A stretch of DNA of 64,000 bases from Paraspadella gotoi (GCA_051294375.1 CM119268.1:19689820-19753819), one strand, 5' to 3'; counted from the stretch's first letter, positions 1 to 12,630 are shown. Numbers and translations are program-made. Notes: generated by a model not told the origin, from the sequence alone.

Positions 1-94
1 CCTCGTCTTGTCGCTATATTAGTATTTAAAAATAACCTTAGTCCTTTAACATTAAGTTTATTAAAAAAAACCATTGCTTAGGTTAACGTTAAGA

Positions 95-255
95 TTCCGA
101 TTGAGATTAAGGTTAATAGTAAGGGGGGGTTAGGGACTTAGGGGGTAGTTTAAGGGAGAGGTTTAGGGATAGGGGGTGGGGGGTTAGGTGGGGATTTAGG
201 GTAGGGGTTAGGATAGGTGGGGATTTAGGGGTGTGAGAGAAGACGGGTTAAGGGA
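95..255 (+). repeat. Degenerate TTAGGG/TTAGGGG-like G-rich repeat
   Basis: Runs such as gggttaggtggggatttaggg upstream of the Merlin transposase; similar tracts at 13219-13730 and, on the other strand, 53950-54070. Confidence 0.6.
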
Positions 256-490
256 AAAAATACATTTTGGTTCGAAAATTAAACCAATAGTATTTTAAAT
301 AAATATCGTTATTCTACATGACTTGGCTAGCTAGCCAGCCATGCGTTTACAAGAAACAATCGTTCTGAAACTGAAGTTTTTTCACGCCAAACTTTTCTGA
401 CGTGAGAGAAAACGTCAGTCCCTTAGCGTCAAAAACATTGATTCGCGGGATCCTCTGCCATACATCATACGTCTTGCAAATGGCGGCTTA

Positions 491-1149
491 TTGCTAACCG
501 TCGTCAGTGCTTGGGTTGCCTTAGACCAGAGACTTAATTTTAAAAGATATTCACGAGAATGGCGCTGTCGTCGATTTATGTTCAGAAAAACTATTCTGTC
601 TGGCTCCTTCGAAAATACGAAACTCCCGCTTTGGAAAATTATTCATTTTCTTTATAAATGGACAAATCAACATCGTTTAATTGATATCATGGAGGAATTG
701 AACATTGGAAGTAAATCTGCCATCTTATATGCGCGACGTCTTTGAAACATAACTCAAATGATGTACTCTGAATTCAATGGGCCGGTTGGAGGTCCAGGAG
801 TTGTCGTTCAAATTGACGAATCCTATTTTTTTACTCGGAAATACAATCGCGGACATCAGAGTAAAAAAGCGCGTTGAGTTTTGGGTGGCGTTGAGCGTGG
901 TAAAACCGAAAACTTTTTTTACAAGGTTGTTCCTAATGTAATCGTAATGTAAAACGAAATTCGTTTGTGATGACCGATAAATGGGCTGGGTACCGAACTT
1001 TACCCCAGAAAATGTACGGAACTACTGATAAACATTTCGTTGGTCATTTGTATTTTTTTCTTTTCCGTAAGATTTATCCTCGAAACTCGACTTTCGGAGC
1101 TCTTCTTAACTGGATCGTATTTTATAATGATGTTGACATGAATTTATAA
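491..1149 (+). pseudogene. Decayed Merlin/IS1595 (ISXO2-like) DDE transposase
   Basis: Translated fragments WRCRR..KTILSGSFENTKLPLWKIIHFLYKW, GGPGVVVQIDESYFFTRKYNRG (788-853), VLGGVERG and MTDKWAGY match Merlin/IS1595 motifs; stops and frameshifts present. Confidence 0.85.
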
Positions 1150-1618
1150 ATGAATGACTTTTTTTTTCAGATATAAGTTTACTTGAAAATAGAATTTATA
1201 ATAATCCTTAATATTTATTCACGTTGTGGCGGACGACCTTAGAACTAATCAACATTCATAAATCTTGGATGTTAAATCGCGAAGGGAAAAATGCCTTAGG
1301 TTAACCGTTTTGAAATAAGATATCCGCCGGTAAAGGAAAAATTTTTTTTTACTTTGTTAAAATTAATTAAGGAGGATTTTGAAATGAAAACTGTGAAAGG
1401 TCATGTCTCGCTTTCTCTAAATTTGAGCATTTGGTCAATAATTTTAAGGTCAACATTTTTTCGCGGAAACTCGCGACGTACTTTTTAATTTCGTTTCAAT
1501 GACCAAAGAACAAACAACGCTCACCTCAAAGAAATTCATTTTCTACGAGCATTTTGGAAGTATTTTCTAGTTATAATGTGTCTAGTAATAAAAACTTTAA
1601 AACGCATACAATTTTCGT

Positions 1619-2376
1619 TTTTAGTCGGATTTGCTTTCAGCAGATCCCGACTTTGTCGGTCCGTCGGTCCGCCCCCTCAATCTTGTCGGGCATTCACTTA
1701 TATCATGTCAGAACATCGAATTATGATAAATTATGCAAACAAAAAACGATGTCCGTCCGTCCGTCCCACCTTAGCAAAAAACACCAATTACTCGTGTTTG
1801 GATGGATAGATGGAAATGAAATTTTGTATGTGGGTAGGGAAGTGTGTGATTGAGCTGGATATGAAGTTTTGATAGAATCGTCCGAGTGGAAATGTGTTTA
1901 GGTGGAAAAAACAAAAAAATATATTTTACTATTTGAACACTAATTACTCACGAGTGGATGGGCCGATTGACTTGAAATTTTGTATTTGGGTAAAAATGAG
2001 TGTGATTAAACTGGAAATCAAGTTTCGATGGAATCGTTTGAGTGGAAATGAGTGTAAATGGAAAAAACAAAGAACCTGTGTCACGAATTGATTATGCTTC
2101 TTTTTCTTTTTATTTTAAATGTAAATGCAAGATGTATTAATTAATCAAATAAATAATCAGTTAATTAATCAATTAGTCAATTAATTAATCAATAAATCAT
2201 TAATCAGTTAATCAATAAAAACAAACATTTTGAATCAAATTAATTAATTGCATAATTAATTAAATAATTACCTTGAATAAATTAAATAATTAATTAACAT
2301 GAATTAATTATTAATTAAATAATTAATTACCGATAATGATCGTGGGCAGATCTGACATTGCTTGCTCAAACTTGTT
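1619..2376 (+). mobile_element. HINE/DINE-1-like Helentron non-autonomous element, family A
   Basis: T-run, sub-TIR GTCGGATTTGC (1624), nearby inverted copy GCAGATCCCGAC (1640), (GTCC)n microsatellite, 3' sub-TIR GCAGATCTGAC (2346), short hairpin GCTTGCTCAAAC, then TT. Confidence 0.8.
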
Positions 2377-2927
2377 CTTCTAAAAACTCATGTTGATGTT
2401 GGAATCTTTTGACGGGCGTCTCTTCGAACGTTTGATTTCGCGAGCGTAAAGAGGAAACTCTTTATAAGAACACAGATTTTAAAAATATGACATGGTATGC
2501 TGCTGCGGCAGAGGATTAAAAAAACATTACCGAAAAAAGGGGGCATTTTGGGAAAAAAGTGCCCATATTTCAAGATTTATCTCGAGCAACGAACCCTGAA
2601 GCAGCAGACGTCTTTGGTAACGAAGACGAAATCTAAAAATAACTTTTTCTCCTCGGGTCATTCATCTGCGTAGAATCGTAGATGAAAGGTCAAACGCGAT
2701 GTCTCGCTCTCTCGCTCTCTCATAACTATTTCCGCCGTCTTTTAATTCGTAGTATATCATACGCTTTTTTAAATTGACTTATTTTTCAACATTCACCAGC
2801 GCTCTTAGTCTGGAAAAATTAGGAATTATTTTTATTAAATTGAAATTTACCCTCATTTAATTCATCAAACGGAAACATCCCGTGTCGAATCACGGTTGCT
2901 TTGGCTTTGGCTTCCCGAAGGGGTAGT

Positions 2928-3934
2928 TACATGGTGACAATTTTAAAATTTTAAAAGTGAAGGCTTATACTAAAGCCGAAACATGTCCTATGTAAAAATA
3001 AATCGTTGTACATAAACAAATAAACTTTGTTTTTCTCTAATTTGCAAAACAACGAAAAGAAAGGAAATTAATATAAAAAGTGAAAACCAAAACTATTTAT
3101 GTATACAAATTTTATCAGAATCCACTTTGATATGCCTCAGCAATGATAGCAGGAAGATGGATATGAAAATCGTCTCTAATTTTTAAACTCACTTTTTTTA
3201 GTTTTTTTTTTTTACTTTCAGTAAGTTTTCTGAAGAAATTTGAAATAAAAACAATATAATATTATTATTTTCTGAAAGCCCTTTCAAATCTAAAGAGAAT
3301 GACGTAATTACGAATACTGTAGTATAAAGTTTAACTAGCCAAGCTTGAATTTAATTAGGATACTCAAAAACGAGACATCTTTTTAAAAATCAATAGCTGG
3401 AAATTTATGATTTTTATCAAATTGTGATTGGCTATCGTAAATCTTTTTTTCTCAGGCATTTTCATGAAACTTATATAAATAATAATATTTTATATTATAT
3501 TAATTTTAACATGTCATATATTTTGAAAAAAAAATTAAAATTTTAAATAATTCACTTTTGACATTCTTAATTGAACCAAGGCTGGGAAGCTTACTTTTTA
3601 TGTTAAAGCTTTCGTAAGTATATCATTTTTTCATAATATTTTTAAGGGCTTTCTGAGGATATTAATATTGTTAATATTTTAATAAATACCTTGTTTAAAA
3701 AAGTGCTAAAAGTTTCAAAAAAAATTGAATTTGAAAACAGTGAGTTGGAAAATGAAACCCGATTTGAAAAGCCAACTTTCTCCACTCATTGTCAAGGCAT
3801 ATCTTAACCGATCAATATAAAATTTTAACATTTTAATATTTTCTACTTAACTAATTTTTAAAATCAATAAAATAGCCACTGGTTTGCAAATGACAGTGTA
3901 TTTCTATCGGTGCTTGTAAAATTGTTACCATGTA
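2928..3934. mobile_element. TA-flanked MITE (Tc1/mariner-like)
   Basis: Terminal inverted repeats TA-CATGGTGACAATTTTA / TAAAATTGTTACCATG-TA; AT-rich non-coding interior with longer imperfect inverted symmetry. Confidence 0.7.
2958..3075 (+). mobile_element. 5'-truncated Penelope-like 3' end with partial hammerhead
   Basis: TGAA-GGCTT-atacta-AAGCC-GAAACATGTC, then AATAAA and tail AAACAACGAAAAGAAAGGA shared with 6208-6226; flanked by direct repeat AAAAGTGAA (2953-2961, 3076-3084). Confidence 0.7.
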
Positions 3935-5202
3935 CAATTGTACATTTTAGTAATGAGTATTTCCCCCAAAAAAATACCTTATGTATTCATAAATATTATG
4001 AATTACAGCACTGGCTGTCTCAGAATTTCTTGACTGCTACGTATCTACCTCAGTATTAAGGCATAGTGAAAGTTGCAGATCAAAATTCGAATAGTTGTTC
4101 ATGAACAGTCTTGTACTAAAAAATATTGATATATAATTTTTTTTTAATTTGTTAATTTTCGCATACGGTAGGGCAGAGAGGATGTTAAAGAAACAAAAAA
4201 AGCTATCTCAAAAACCTATAAAATCTTAAAGTATACATACCCATGAGACACTTAATGTGGTAGGTCAGTAAAATTCGATAAAGGCAGGTTTTTTTAAATG
4301 CTAATTAAAGTTTTGGAATTTTTTTTATAAAAATTTTCAAGTAGTTTAGTGAATATGCTTACAATTTTAATGTCTATACATCTATCATTATCTACAGAGC
4401 ATAAGCTTTAATTTGAGACCTCTCCCAAATTTTTACGATATTTTGTTATTGAATTATAACTAAAATATAATTTAAAAAAAATATTAATCATTCAGTTCTT
4501 TCAAACAGAATATTTCTTTAAAAAAAATTACAAATATGTTCTCAAAATTCAGTTCTACTTATCATGCCTTTAAACAAATTTCTAAAAAAATTGATATAAA
4601 ATTATTTAAAAAATTAATAATACAGATAATTTTTTTTTAAATATGTGATATTTAATTTAAACTTACAGATATTAGCTGAGTACTTTAATTCAAAATCATA
4701 TGCAGCTTTTAAAAATAATTATATGTTTTATTACTTATCAAAAAAAAATTTATTTATAAAATTATATTATAATATTTGATATATAGTATTAATAGACAAA
4801 TGTGCAAAAATATTAACAAATATATTGCTTTAACTTTTAATACTATATATATTAATATTTTTCAAAATATTTTTTTAATTTTTAAAATTTTTATATTAAA
4901 ATTATTATTAATTAAAAAAAAATACTTTGAAGCCTAATAAGTAGAACTGTATTTTGAGAACATTTGTATCTTTATTTTTAAGAAATAATCTGTTTAAAGG
5001 TACTAATTTATTACTTTTTGAAAAAAAAATTCTAATTTTTACTTATATTTCAATAACGAAAAGTAATAGAAAGTTGGGAGAGGTCTCAAATTAAAGCTTA
5101 TGCTTTGTAGATAATGATAGACATATAGACATTCAAATTGTAAACATATTCACTTAGAGACAGTTTGAGTTTAGTTTTGACAACGATTTATTTAATTCAA
5201 AA

Positions 5203-5244
5203 AACAGACATGTTTCGGCTTCATTTCAAGCCTTCATCAGCGTT
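5203..5244 (-). ncRNA. Minimal type I hammerhead ribozyme
   Basis: Minus strand reads AACG-CTGATGA-A-GGCTT-gaaatg-AAGCC-GAAA-CATGTC-TGTT: full core, 5-bp stem II, palindromic ACATGT stem III, GUC cleavage triplet, stem I AACG/TGTT. Confidence 0.85.
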
Positions 5245-5902
5245 AGTGAACTTTGAAAATATTTTTGTGTAAAGGAAGAGAGAAAGAGAGATAACAGAGA
5301 GAGAGAGAGGGCAAAGTTTCCAACACAGAGTTTAGAAAGGACAGTGGTCAATTGGTGAGGACAGGCTGAAGTTGAGAAAAAGACAGAGTAAGTTGTGAAA
5401 AGAAGTGAAATGGTAAAAAGAAAGAGAGAGAGAGAGAGAAAGAGAAAAAACATGCAAATTTTACATTGTGTAATGTATACATAGAAAAATTTTTAAACTG
5501 ATGAATTTAGTGAAGTATAACAATTAATCTACTTAATAATTAGTGAGAGTGAAACAGGATTGAATTGAAGGATGATTTGAGAGATAGTTAGTAAGTAATA
5601 AAGTGAAATTGAGAAGTAAAGATAGAACTCAAAATGAGCTGGCCCCCTTGGCATGGGCAAATGAGAGGCATGATCGATGAGGCCGGGTCATTGCGCATGT
5701 CATAGGCTGAGATGACAGTTGGATTGAGCTTGTCACTATTACTTACTAACTCATCTCTCAAATCTATCCTTTCAATTTCAAATTTCCTGTTTCACTCTCA
5801 CTAATTATTAAGTAGATTAATTGTTATACTTCACTAATATTCATCAGTTTAAAAATTTTTCTTATTTGTTATACATTACACAATGTAAAGATTTTTGCAC
5901 TG

Positions 5903-5933
<31 letters not shown>

Positions 5934-6109
5934 TTTCACCATTTCACTTCTTTTCACAACTTACTCTGTCTTTTTCTCAACTTCAGCCTGTCCTCACCAA
6001 TTGACCACTGTCCTTTCTAAACTCTGTGTTGGAACTTTGCCCCTCTCTCTCTCTTCTGTTTATCTCTCTTTTCTCTCTCCTTTACACAAAAATATTTTCA
6101 AAGTTCACT

Positions 6110-6150
6110 AACGCTGATGAAGGCTTGAAATGAGCCGAAACATGTCTGTT
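6110..6150 (+). ncRNA. Minimal type I hammerhead ribozyme
   Basis: AACG-CTGATGA-A-GGCT-tgaaatg-AGCC-GAAA-CATGTC-TGTT; predicted cleavage after C6146; AATAAA at 6160-6165. Confidence 0.85.
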
Positions 6151-7407
6151 TTTGAATTAAATAAAATCGTTGTCAAAACTAAACTCAAACTGTCTCTAAT
6201 CGTCGCCAAACAACGAAAAGAAAGGATTTATATCACAAACATATTCATTAAAATTTCAAAAACTTTAATTAGCATTTACAAAATATTCTGCCTGTATCGA
6301 ATTTTACTGACCTACCTCATGGGTCTCAAGGGTATACTTTAAGATTTTATAGATTTCAGATATGGTACTTTTTTGTTTCTTTCACATCCTCTCTGCCCTA
6401 CGTGTATACATATTAATTACCATAGAAAATGTCAAAAATTAATTTTTAGTTTTGTAAGCAAATTCGAATTCCTCATAAAAAGTTGATAAAAGAAAATATA
6501 AGTCTTAATCTAAAATTATTTTATTAAGTTAGCTAAAAATTTAAAAAAATATATTTTTTATACTAAAATTAAATTATAGGTTAATAATAAAAGTTTTTAT
6601 TAGGATTTTGACCCACTTAATGAAATATTTTTTAAAAAGAGTTATATTTCCTGTTATCAACTTTTCGTGAGGAATTCGAATATACGTTCAAACATAACAT
6701 AACATAACATTGATAATTTCTATAGTGAGTACAATGTATAAATATGGGCGTATGAAAAATTTTAAAAATTAAAATTAATGTGTTTTATTTAATAATGTTC
6801 ACAGGTTCAAGCCTGTTCGTGATCTACAATTCGAATTTTGATTCTACTTGATTTTAATATTTTTACTCAGTATTCATTATCACTTTTCTCATTTCTCGTC
6901 TCGGATCCGTTCGCTGAAAATAACGATTATGACGTCTGCCTCTATTAAAGATACTAATGTGATAGTACGACTCGTATGAGACGATGACGACGACGAAAGC
7001 GACGACGAAGACGAAGATGGTCATAAAGACGGAGAAATGATAGTGGACAACGTTGATGGAGAACATTTGGTCATTCACACTTTTTTTGCTCGAATTAGAT
7101 TCTGACGAAGATGTGAGAGAGAAGCAAAAACTCTCTACCTAATTCTATTTTTTTTCACTCAAAATTTCATTTGTGAAACTCATTTCGGTTCAAAGAAATA
7201 ACTTCAACAAAAAACTATTAAAAGCTTTCAATCGTAACTTTTTAATCTTGCAGTTATAAAATAAAATGAAATAGAAAGGAATAAAAAATAAATATAAATG
7301 TGAAAAATTCAAATAAATCCGGTTAAAGTTTTAAAGTCTTGATTCAAAAGAAAGAAGAAAAATTAAAAATCTTATTTCTTTATTTTTGAGGAAAAATATC
7401 CGTGTGG

Positions 7408-7459
<52 letters not shown>

Positions 7460-7992
7460 GAACGAAATACGATCCGTGATGAATTTAGTTTTTTCTCTCC
7501 CTCCTGCCATGCGAAGCCAAGTTTCAGCACAAAAGACTCGAAAATATGAAAAGTAAAACAATGAAAAAAAGAAAGATTAATGTTTTTTTGTATGTATATA
7601 TACATACAATACATGTTTCTTTATATTTTTTTCGAAAAGGGATATATACTACTTGACAATTCTGTTTATTATTGTGTTCTCTTTTCTTCCATCTTTATGC
7701 CTCCATCTCTTGTTCCATTTCTTTTCCCCTCATTTTTTAATATTTAATTTCTCTATCTTTTTTGCATCTTTCTGTCTCATATTCTGTCTTGTTCACTCCT
7801 TCAAGTCTTTCTGTCTTTCCAAACAGAAACATGATCACCCTAACCCCGGGAGAAAATCCATTTTTTCGAATGTTCAATGTGGAAGATGAAGATTTCCATC
7901 TTTTTCTTTTTTCTTTTTTTTTTTATTTCCATTTTTTTTCTTATCCCGTTCGCTAACGATTTTTCCTTTCGAGACCCGAAACCTCGTGACGC

Positions 7993-9036
7993 AAAAACAA
8001 GTTTGAGGAAAAAATGTCGGATCTGCCTAAGATAATTAAGCGGTAATCAAATTTTCTGACTTTCAATTGTGATCTTAACAGATCATAACAAATCGTAAAA
8101 TAACAAATCATAACAGACTTCTTAATAAATCTATAAAAAAATGTATAAATCAATTGATCTATCAATCATTACCAGTCGCTGCGCGAATACCAACTTGCAT
8201 AACTTACTCAACTTGCATTATTTGGTAATTTTGCATAATTTGGTCAGTTTTCATAATTTGGTCAATTTCATAATTTGGTCAACTTAAATAATTTGATCAA
8301 CTTGCATAATTTGGTCAACAGGCATAATTTTGTCAACTGGCATAATTTGGTCAACTGGCATAATTTTATCAACTGGCATAATTTGGTCAACTTGTAGGAT
8401 TTGGTCAACTGGCATAATTTGGTCAGTCAATTAAACAATCAATCAATAAATCAATCAGAGAGAGATAGAGGGAAACTTTTAAAAATACAAATAGATGTCT
8501 TTTGGTTTTTTAATTTAAACTTTTTTCCACTCCTACGATACACTTTATACATCTTGCATTTACATTTAATATGAAAATAAAAAGAAGCATAATCAATTAG
8601 TGAAATAGGTTTTTTGTTTTTTCTATATAAACTTATTTTTACTTTAACAATTCCATTGATACTTCATATTCAGCTCAATCACACACTTCCCTAACCACAT
8701 ACAAAATTTCATTTAAATCCATCTATCCAAACACGAGTAATTTGTGTTTTTTGTTAAGGCGGGACGGACGGACGAACGGACTGACAGACAAACGGACATC
8801 TTTTTTTTTATAATTTATCATTAAGAAAGGTTTATTAGTGTGCCAATACAACGATTTTCTTTTATTATTAAGATTATATGTTTCGACTCTGTTGATAATA
8901 CAATGCATAATTTATCATAATTCGAGGTTCTGACATGAAATAAGTTAATGCCCGACAAGATTGAGGGGGCGGACCAACGGACCGACAAAGTGAATTATAG
9001 AGTCGGGATCTGCTTATAAGCAGATCTGACTAAAAA
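7993..9036 (-). mobile_element. HINE/DINE-1-like element, family A variant
   Basis: Reverse-oriented head (GTCGGGATCTGC-ttataa-GCAGATCTGAC-TAAAAAA, 9002-9036) and tail (AACAAGTTTGAG..TGTCGGATCTGCC, 7996-8027); (GGAC)n at 8760-8797. Confidence 0.8.
8190..8425. repeat. ~19-bp tandem repeat inside the HINE
   Basis: About 12 copies of AACTGGCATAATTTGGTC-like units. Confidence 0.85.
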
Positions 9037-9099
9037 AGGAATTTGAGTGACGAATGTTTTATTGGGATTCGGTCCGTTGCTCCAAGAATTGATAGTCAT

Positions 9100-9525
9100 T
9101 GCTGAGTTTCTGTTGCTGTCGCTGCCACTTTTTCTGTTGCTTTTTAAGTTGCTATTGCTTTTGGTTTAGATTTGCTTTTGCTATTGCTTTTGCTTTTTCA
9201 GTTGCTTTTCCTTTTTTTTTAGATTTTGATTTTTAGTTTTAATTTTGCTTTTGGTTTTGCTTTTGCCTTTTCAGTTACTTTTGCTTTTTTATTTAAATTT
9301 TGATTTTACCTTTGCTATTGCTTTTCTTTATCAGTTGATTTTGCTTTTGGTTTAGTTTTATTTTTTTTTTTGCTTTTGTTTTTGCTATTGATTTTTTTTT
9401 CAGTTGCTTTTGGTTTTGGTTTAGCTTTTGATTTTGCTGTTGCTTTTTCAGTTGCTTTTGCTTTTGGTTTAGCTTTTGCTTTTGATGTTGCTGTTGCTTT
9501 TGTACTTGTTTAAGCACTTGCATTT
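9100..9525. repeat. Low-complexity (GCTTTT)n-type repeat
   Basis: Degenerate ttgctttt units; the K/Q-rich ORF 9293-9523 is a by-product. Confidence 0.7.
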
Positions 9526-9585
9526 TGTGGGGGTTTCAAGATCAGACAGAAAGCTTGAGACTAGATGACAATATTTACTATTTAC

Positions 9586-10471
9586 TTAAGGGGACCCAGT
9601 GATAAAAATGATATCATAAGCTTAAGGGTCTATCATCAAAGGAATTTGAATGGTAATAGTCATTAATTTTTCTTTGCACGGGAAAGTGGCAAAAAAATTG
9701 TTCTCTTATTGTAGCGGAAACAAAAATTTAATAATTATGAAAAAAACATTTAGTTGACCCTACCTAAATATTTATATAATCCATTATTTTATTTTTATAT
9801 TAAAAAGTATTTTTTACAAAATTCCTAATTTTTATTTTTTACTGTACAAAGCTACAATTTTAGGTTTAAGCCTCATTGAACAAAGGCTTTACAAGACTAA
9901 TATTTTTTTATTTTTATATTTACTTAAAAGGAAACAAATCAAACCTAAATTATATTCTTACAGAAACAAAACTATAATAATTATTAATTAATATTCATAT
10001 TCATCCCTTAAATATATTATTAAACTATATCGATTCCTAATTATAACAATTAAAAATTTAGCAAAAGTACCGAATCTTTCTCTTCTTTTTATATTTATAT
10101 TACTTCAAAGAGTTTTATTTTCATCCAATTAACAGAATTATTTGAAAATAAAGTTTAAATAAAATCAGTCGATACCTTAAATTTGGATTTATTCTTATTT
10201 TTTTTTCTTATAAATTTTTGTGATAAAAGCTGGAAATGTTTTTAAAATTAGATCTTACCCCTTTTTGAAAAAAAAAATTTTAAACTTGAAAAAGATTTTC
10301 TTCTTACCGATTTTTTAAAGAAAATTAAGCTCGCTGATTTTATCGAATTTTTAAACTACTTTCCCAAATGATTATAGAAAAAAAAATTATATGGTCAGAA
10401 CCAGCTTAAGGTAAAGGGTCAAACGTTATGTTTTCAGCTTTTTACCCCCCCTGTTCACTTGGTCCCCTTAA
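9586..10471. mobile_element. TTAA-flanked MITE (Kolobok-like)
   Basis: TTAA-GGGGACCCAGTGA ... TCACTTGGTCCCC-TTAA; purine (GG) start with a TTAA TSD fits Kolobok better than piggyBac. Confidence 0.7.
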
Positions 10472-11339
10472 ATCCGTGCTTTGTCAATTTACTGTGAATG
10501 TTTTGTGATTTTCTCTTGTCAAATATTTTTAGACCAATCGCTCATTATACTTCAACTCTTTCTCAGTCGCTCAGGTCTTAGGGTCCGGGATCACTGAATT
10601 CAAATTATAATTAGGCTAAAGCCGAGCTCGGATTTCGAAAAGAGAGCTCCTGACGATTCCGAAATTGTATTCACTTTACTATTTTTTCAAAGGCGTCATC
10701 GTTTTTTCGATTTTTTTTGTACTATATAAAATAAAAGAAACCTATTTGAAGAGTTGCAGACCAAATTCAAATTTTAATGAAAACAGCATTAAACTAATCC
10801 ATTATTGGTATTAATTATTGTGTTAAAATATTTTTTTGCAAAAATGTTCCGAACCATGAGTATTGAGTAATTCGCTAATTAATATTATTATATTGCTATA
10901 TAATGTCAAATTTTTTTTTATATATTTTAAGTTTTTTTAATTGATTCTGATAGAGCTTAAAAAGTTAAGCAAAAAATATAATGACAACTTTTTTAAATTT
11001 TGATGTTTTATTACTTAAAATTAGTAAAAACTGCTAAAATCATCGGATGATGATGATGATGATGATTTTTTAAGGTTTTTCTCAATTTAAACCCACTTAT
11101 CATCAAAATATTGAAAAAAGAATTATACTTTGTGTAGATAACTTTTCATAAGCTATTTGAATCTGCTTTTAAAAATAAAAAAATCAAAAATAAATTTTTG
11201 ACATTTCCTATCTATAAATAAATATTAAAAAATTAATTACTAATGCTTCTTGCCATTTTAGAAAATTTTGCTCCATTGAAAGTTTTCTCAGAAATGTATG
11301 AAGTTTAATTTGGAAAGGTTCCCAAATCAAACCTCCGAA

Positions 11340-11620
11340 CCACCCCATTGACGAAGTTTGGCTCTACTCGTGATTGGATAGATGGATTAGAATGAAATAT
11401 TGTGTGTGGGTAGAAAGTGTGTGATTGAGCTGGACATAAAGTTTCGATGGAATGTGCGAGTGGAAATGAGTTTAAATGGAAAAAAACAAAATTCACATTT
11501 AGTTTTTTTTACTTATATTTACTCATAATTATTATATTTATTAAAAATTGGATAGATAGATTGAAATGCAATTTTATATGAAAGTATTAACATACTTGAT
11601 ACCAATTTTTAGGTGGAATC
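11340..11620 (+). mobile_element. Internal fragment of HINE family A
   Basis: CTCGTGATTGGATAGATGG..GTGTGTGATTGAGCTGGA..GTGGAAATGAGTTTAAATGG matches 1790-1910 and 28955-29075. Confidence 0.7.
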
Positions 11621-11689
11621 ATAGGAGTTTGGTTAAATGATTTATTGATAATTTTTTTAATTATTTTATTTATTTAGAAATCTGTTATG

Positions 11690-12625
11690 ATAGGAGTCTA
11701 CGTCGTTCTTAGAGATCGAGTAAGACATTTTTCAATGGAGATTTTACGTTCAAATCTGACTACCAAACAATATAAACGCTCCTGGTAAAAATTCTCCGGT
11801 AAAATATCGATGTAAAAACACTTGATTCCGATCCTGGTTGCATCTGAAGGGCTCCGCATTTTTTTTCTCTTGTCAAATGCATCATCATCTTGATAATCAC
11901 AAACAAGCCAGAACAAATAGACAGCTTCTCGATGGAAAAATTTTCCATCTCTGATTTTATATAGAATAGAAAGGGGATTTTTTTCCTTGAAAACGATATA
12001 AACGTGACTGAGGTAAATGTTCCTGTTTAACAAATGAGGTCTAATTTTGGAATCCTGTTGGCAAAGTGTCTGAAGGGCTCTCAAAATTTTTCTTTACATT
12101 TTATTTGGTTATTTTGATATGATACGATCATGGTAAAGTGAATTAGTCCATTTTGGTGAATTTTTATTTAAAGTAAAAGTAAAAGAGGAAGCTAACGATC
12201 GGAATTCTAAGAGTTTTCAACCGGGAGTCAGATTCGGGAAAAATCTTCTATGGCGAAAAATCTTCCAAAGAGAGGGGTGGATTTTCCAAAGATTTTGGTT
12301 AAATTTTTCTATAATTTATGGTTGGATTTTTTTGAAACTTAATATTAACAATATTGCCATCATTTCTACCTTGGCCTGGTATAAGATATATTAAAAAAAC
12401 CTCGGGCTTTGTCGTCAGAGCTTAGTCCTAGTTATGATTTATAATGTTTATGATAAGTTAAGTTTCTCTCTCTCTCTTATTTGTTTGTGAATTTTCTTGT
12501 CACATTCATCGGACATCATTGTTATCATTTATTAATGATCGATTATCATAACGTCAAAGAACGATTATTATTGTATCTACTATTTATCGCATCAAATCGT
12601 TATCATTGCATCGATAAATCATTAG
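11690..12625 (+). mobile_element. Interspersed repeat (interior of HINE-like family B)
   Basis: 12045-12430 matches 32032-32088 joined to 33845-34085; degenerate ATCATCGCATCAAT repeats at 12510-12620; weaker match at 40360-40760. Confidence 0.65.
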
Positions 12626-12630
12626 GTTGA

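Larger units (their letters stand above)
5153..6236 (+). mobile_element. Penelope-like element remnant: inverted pseudo-LTR pair plus 37-nt 3' tail
   Basis: Arms ~5154-5600 and ~5735-6199 are reverse complements and each carries a hammerhead; unpaired tail 6200-6236; TSD AAACATATTCA at 5142-5152 and 6237-6247. Confidence 0.85.
4164..6406. mobile_element. Foldback-type MITE with long TIRs, right arm interrupted by a Penelope-like insertion
   Basis: TACGGTAGGGCAGAGAGGATGT at 4164 vs ACATCCTCTCTGCCCTACG at 6384-6402; 4349-4430 is the reverse complement of 5072-5153; related fragment at 31860-31992. Confidence 0.75.
4057..6850. mobile_element. hAT-like MITE hosting nested insertions
   Basis: Left end TAAGGCATAGTGAAAGTT resembles the 14705 hAT MITE TIR; ATCAAAATTCGAAT..TCATGAACAG is inverted at 6813-6843; right terminus eroded. 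Confidence 0.55.
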
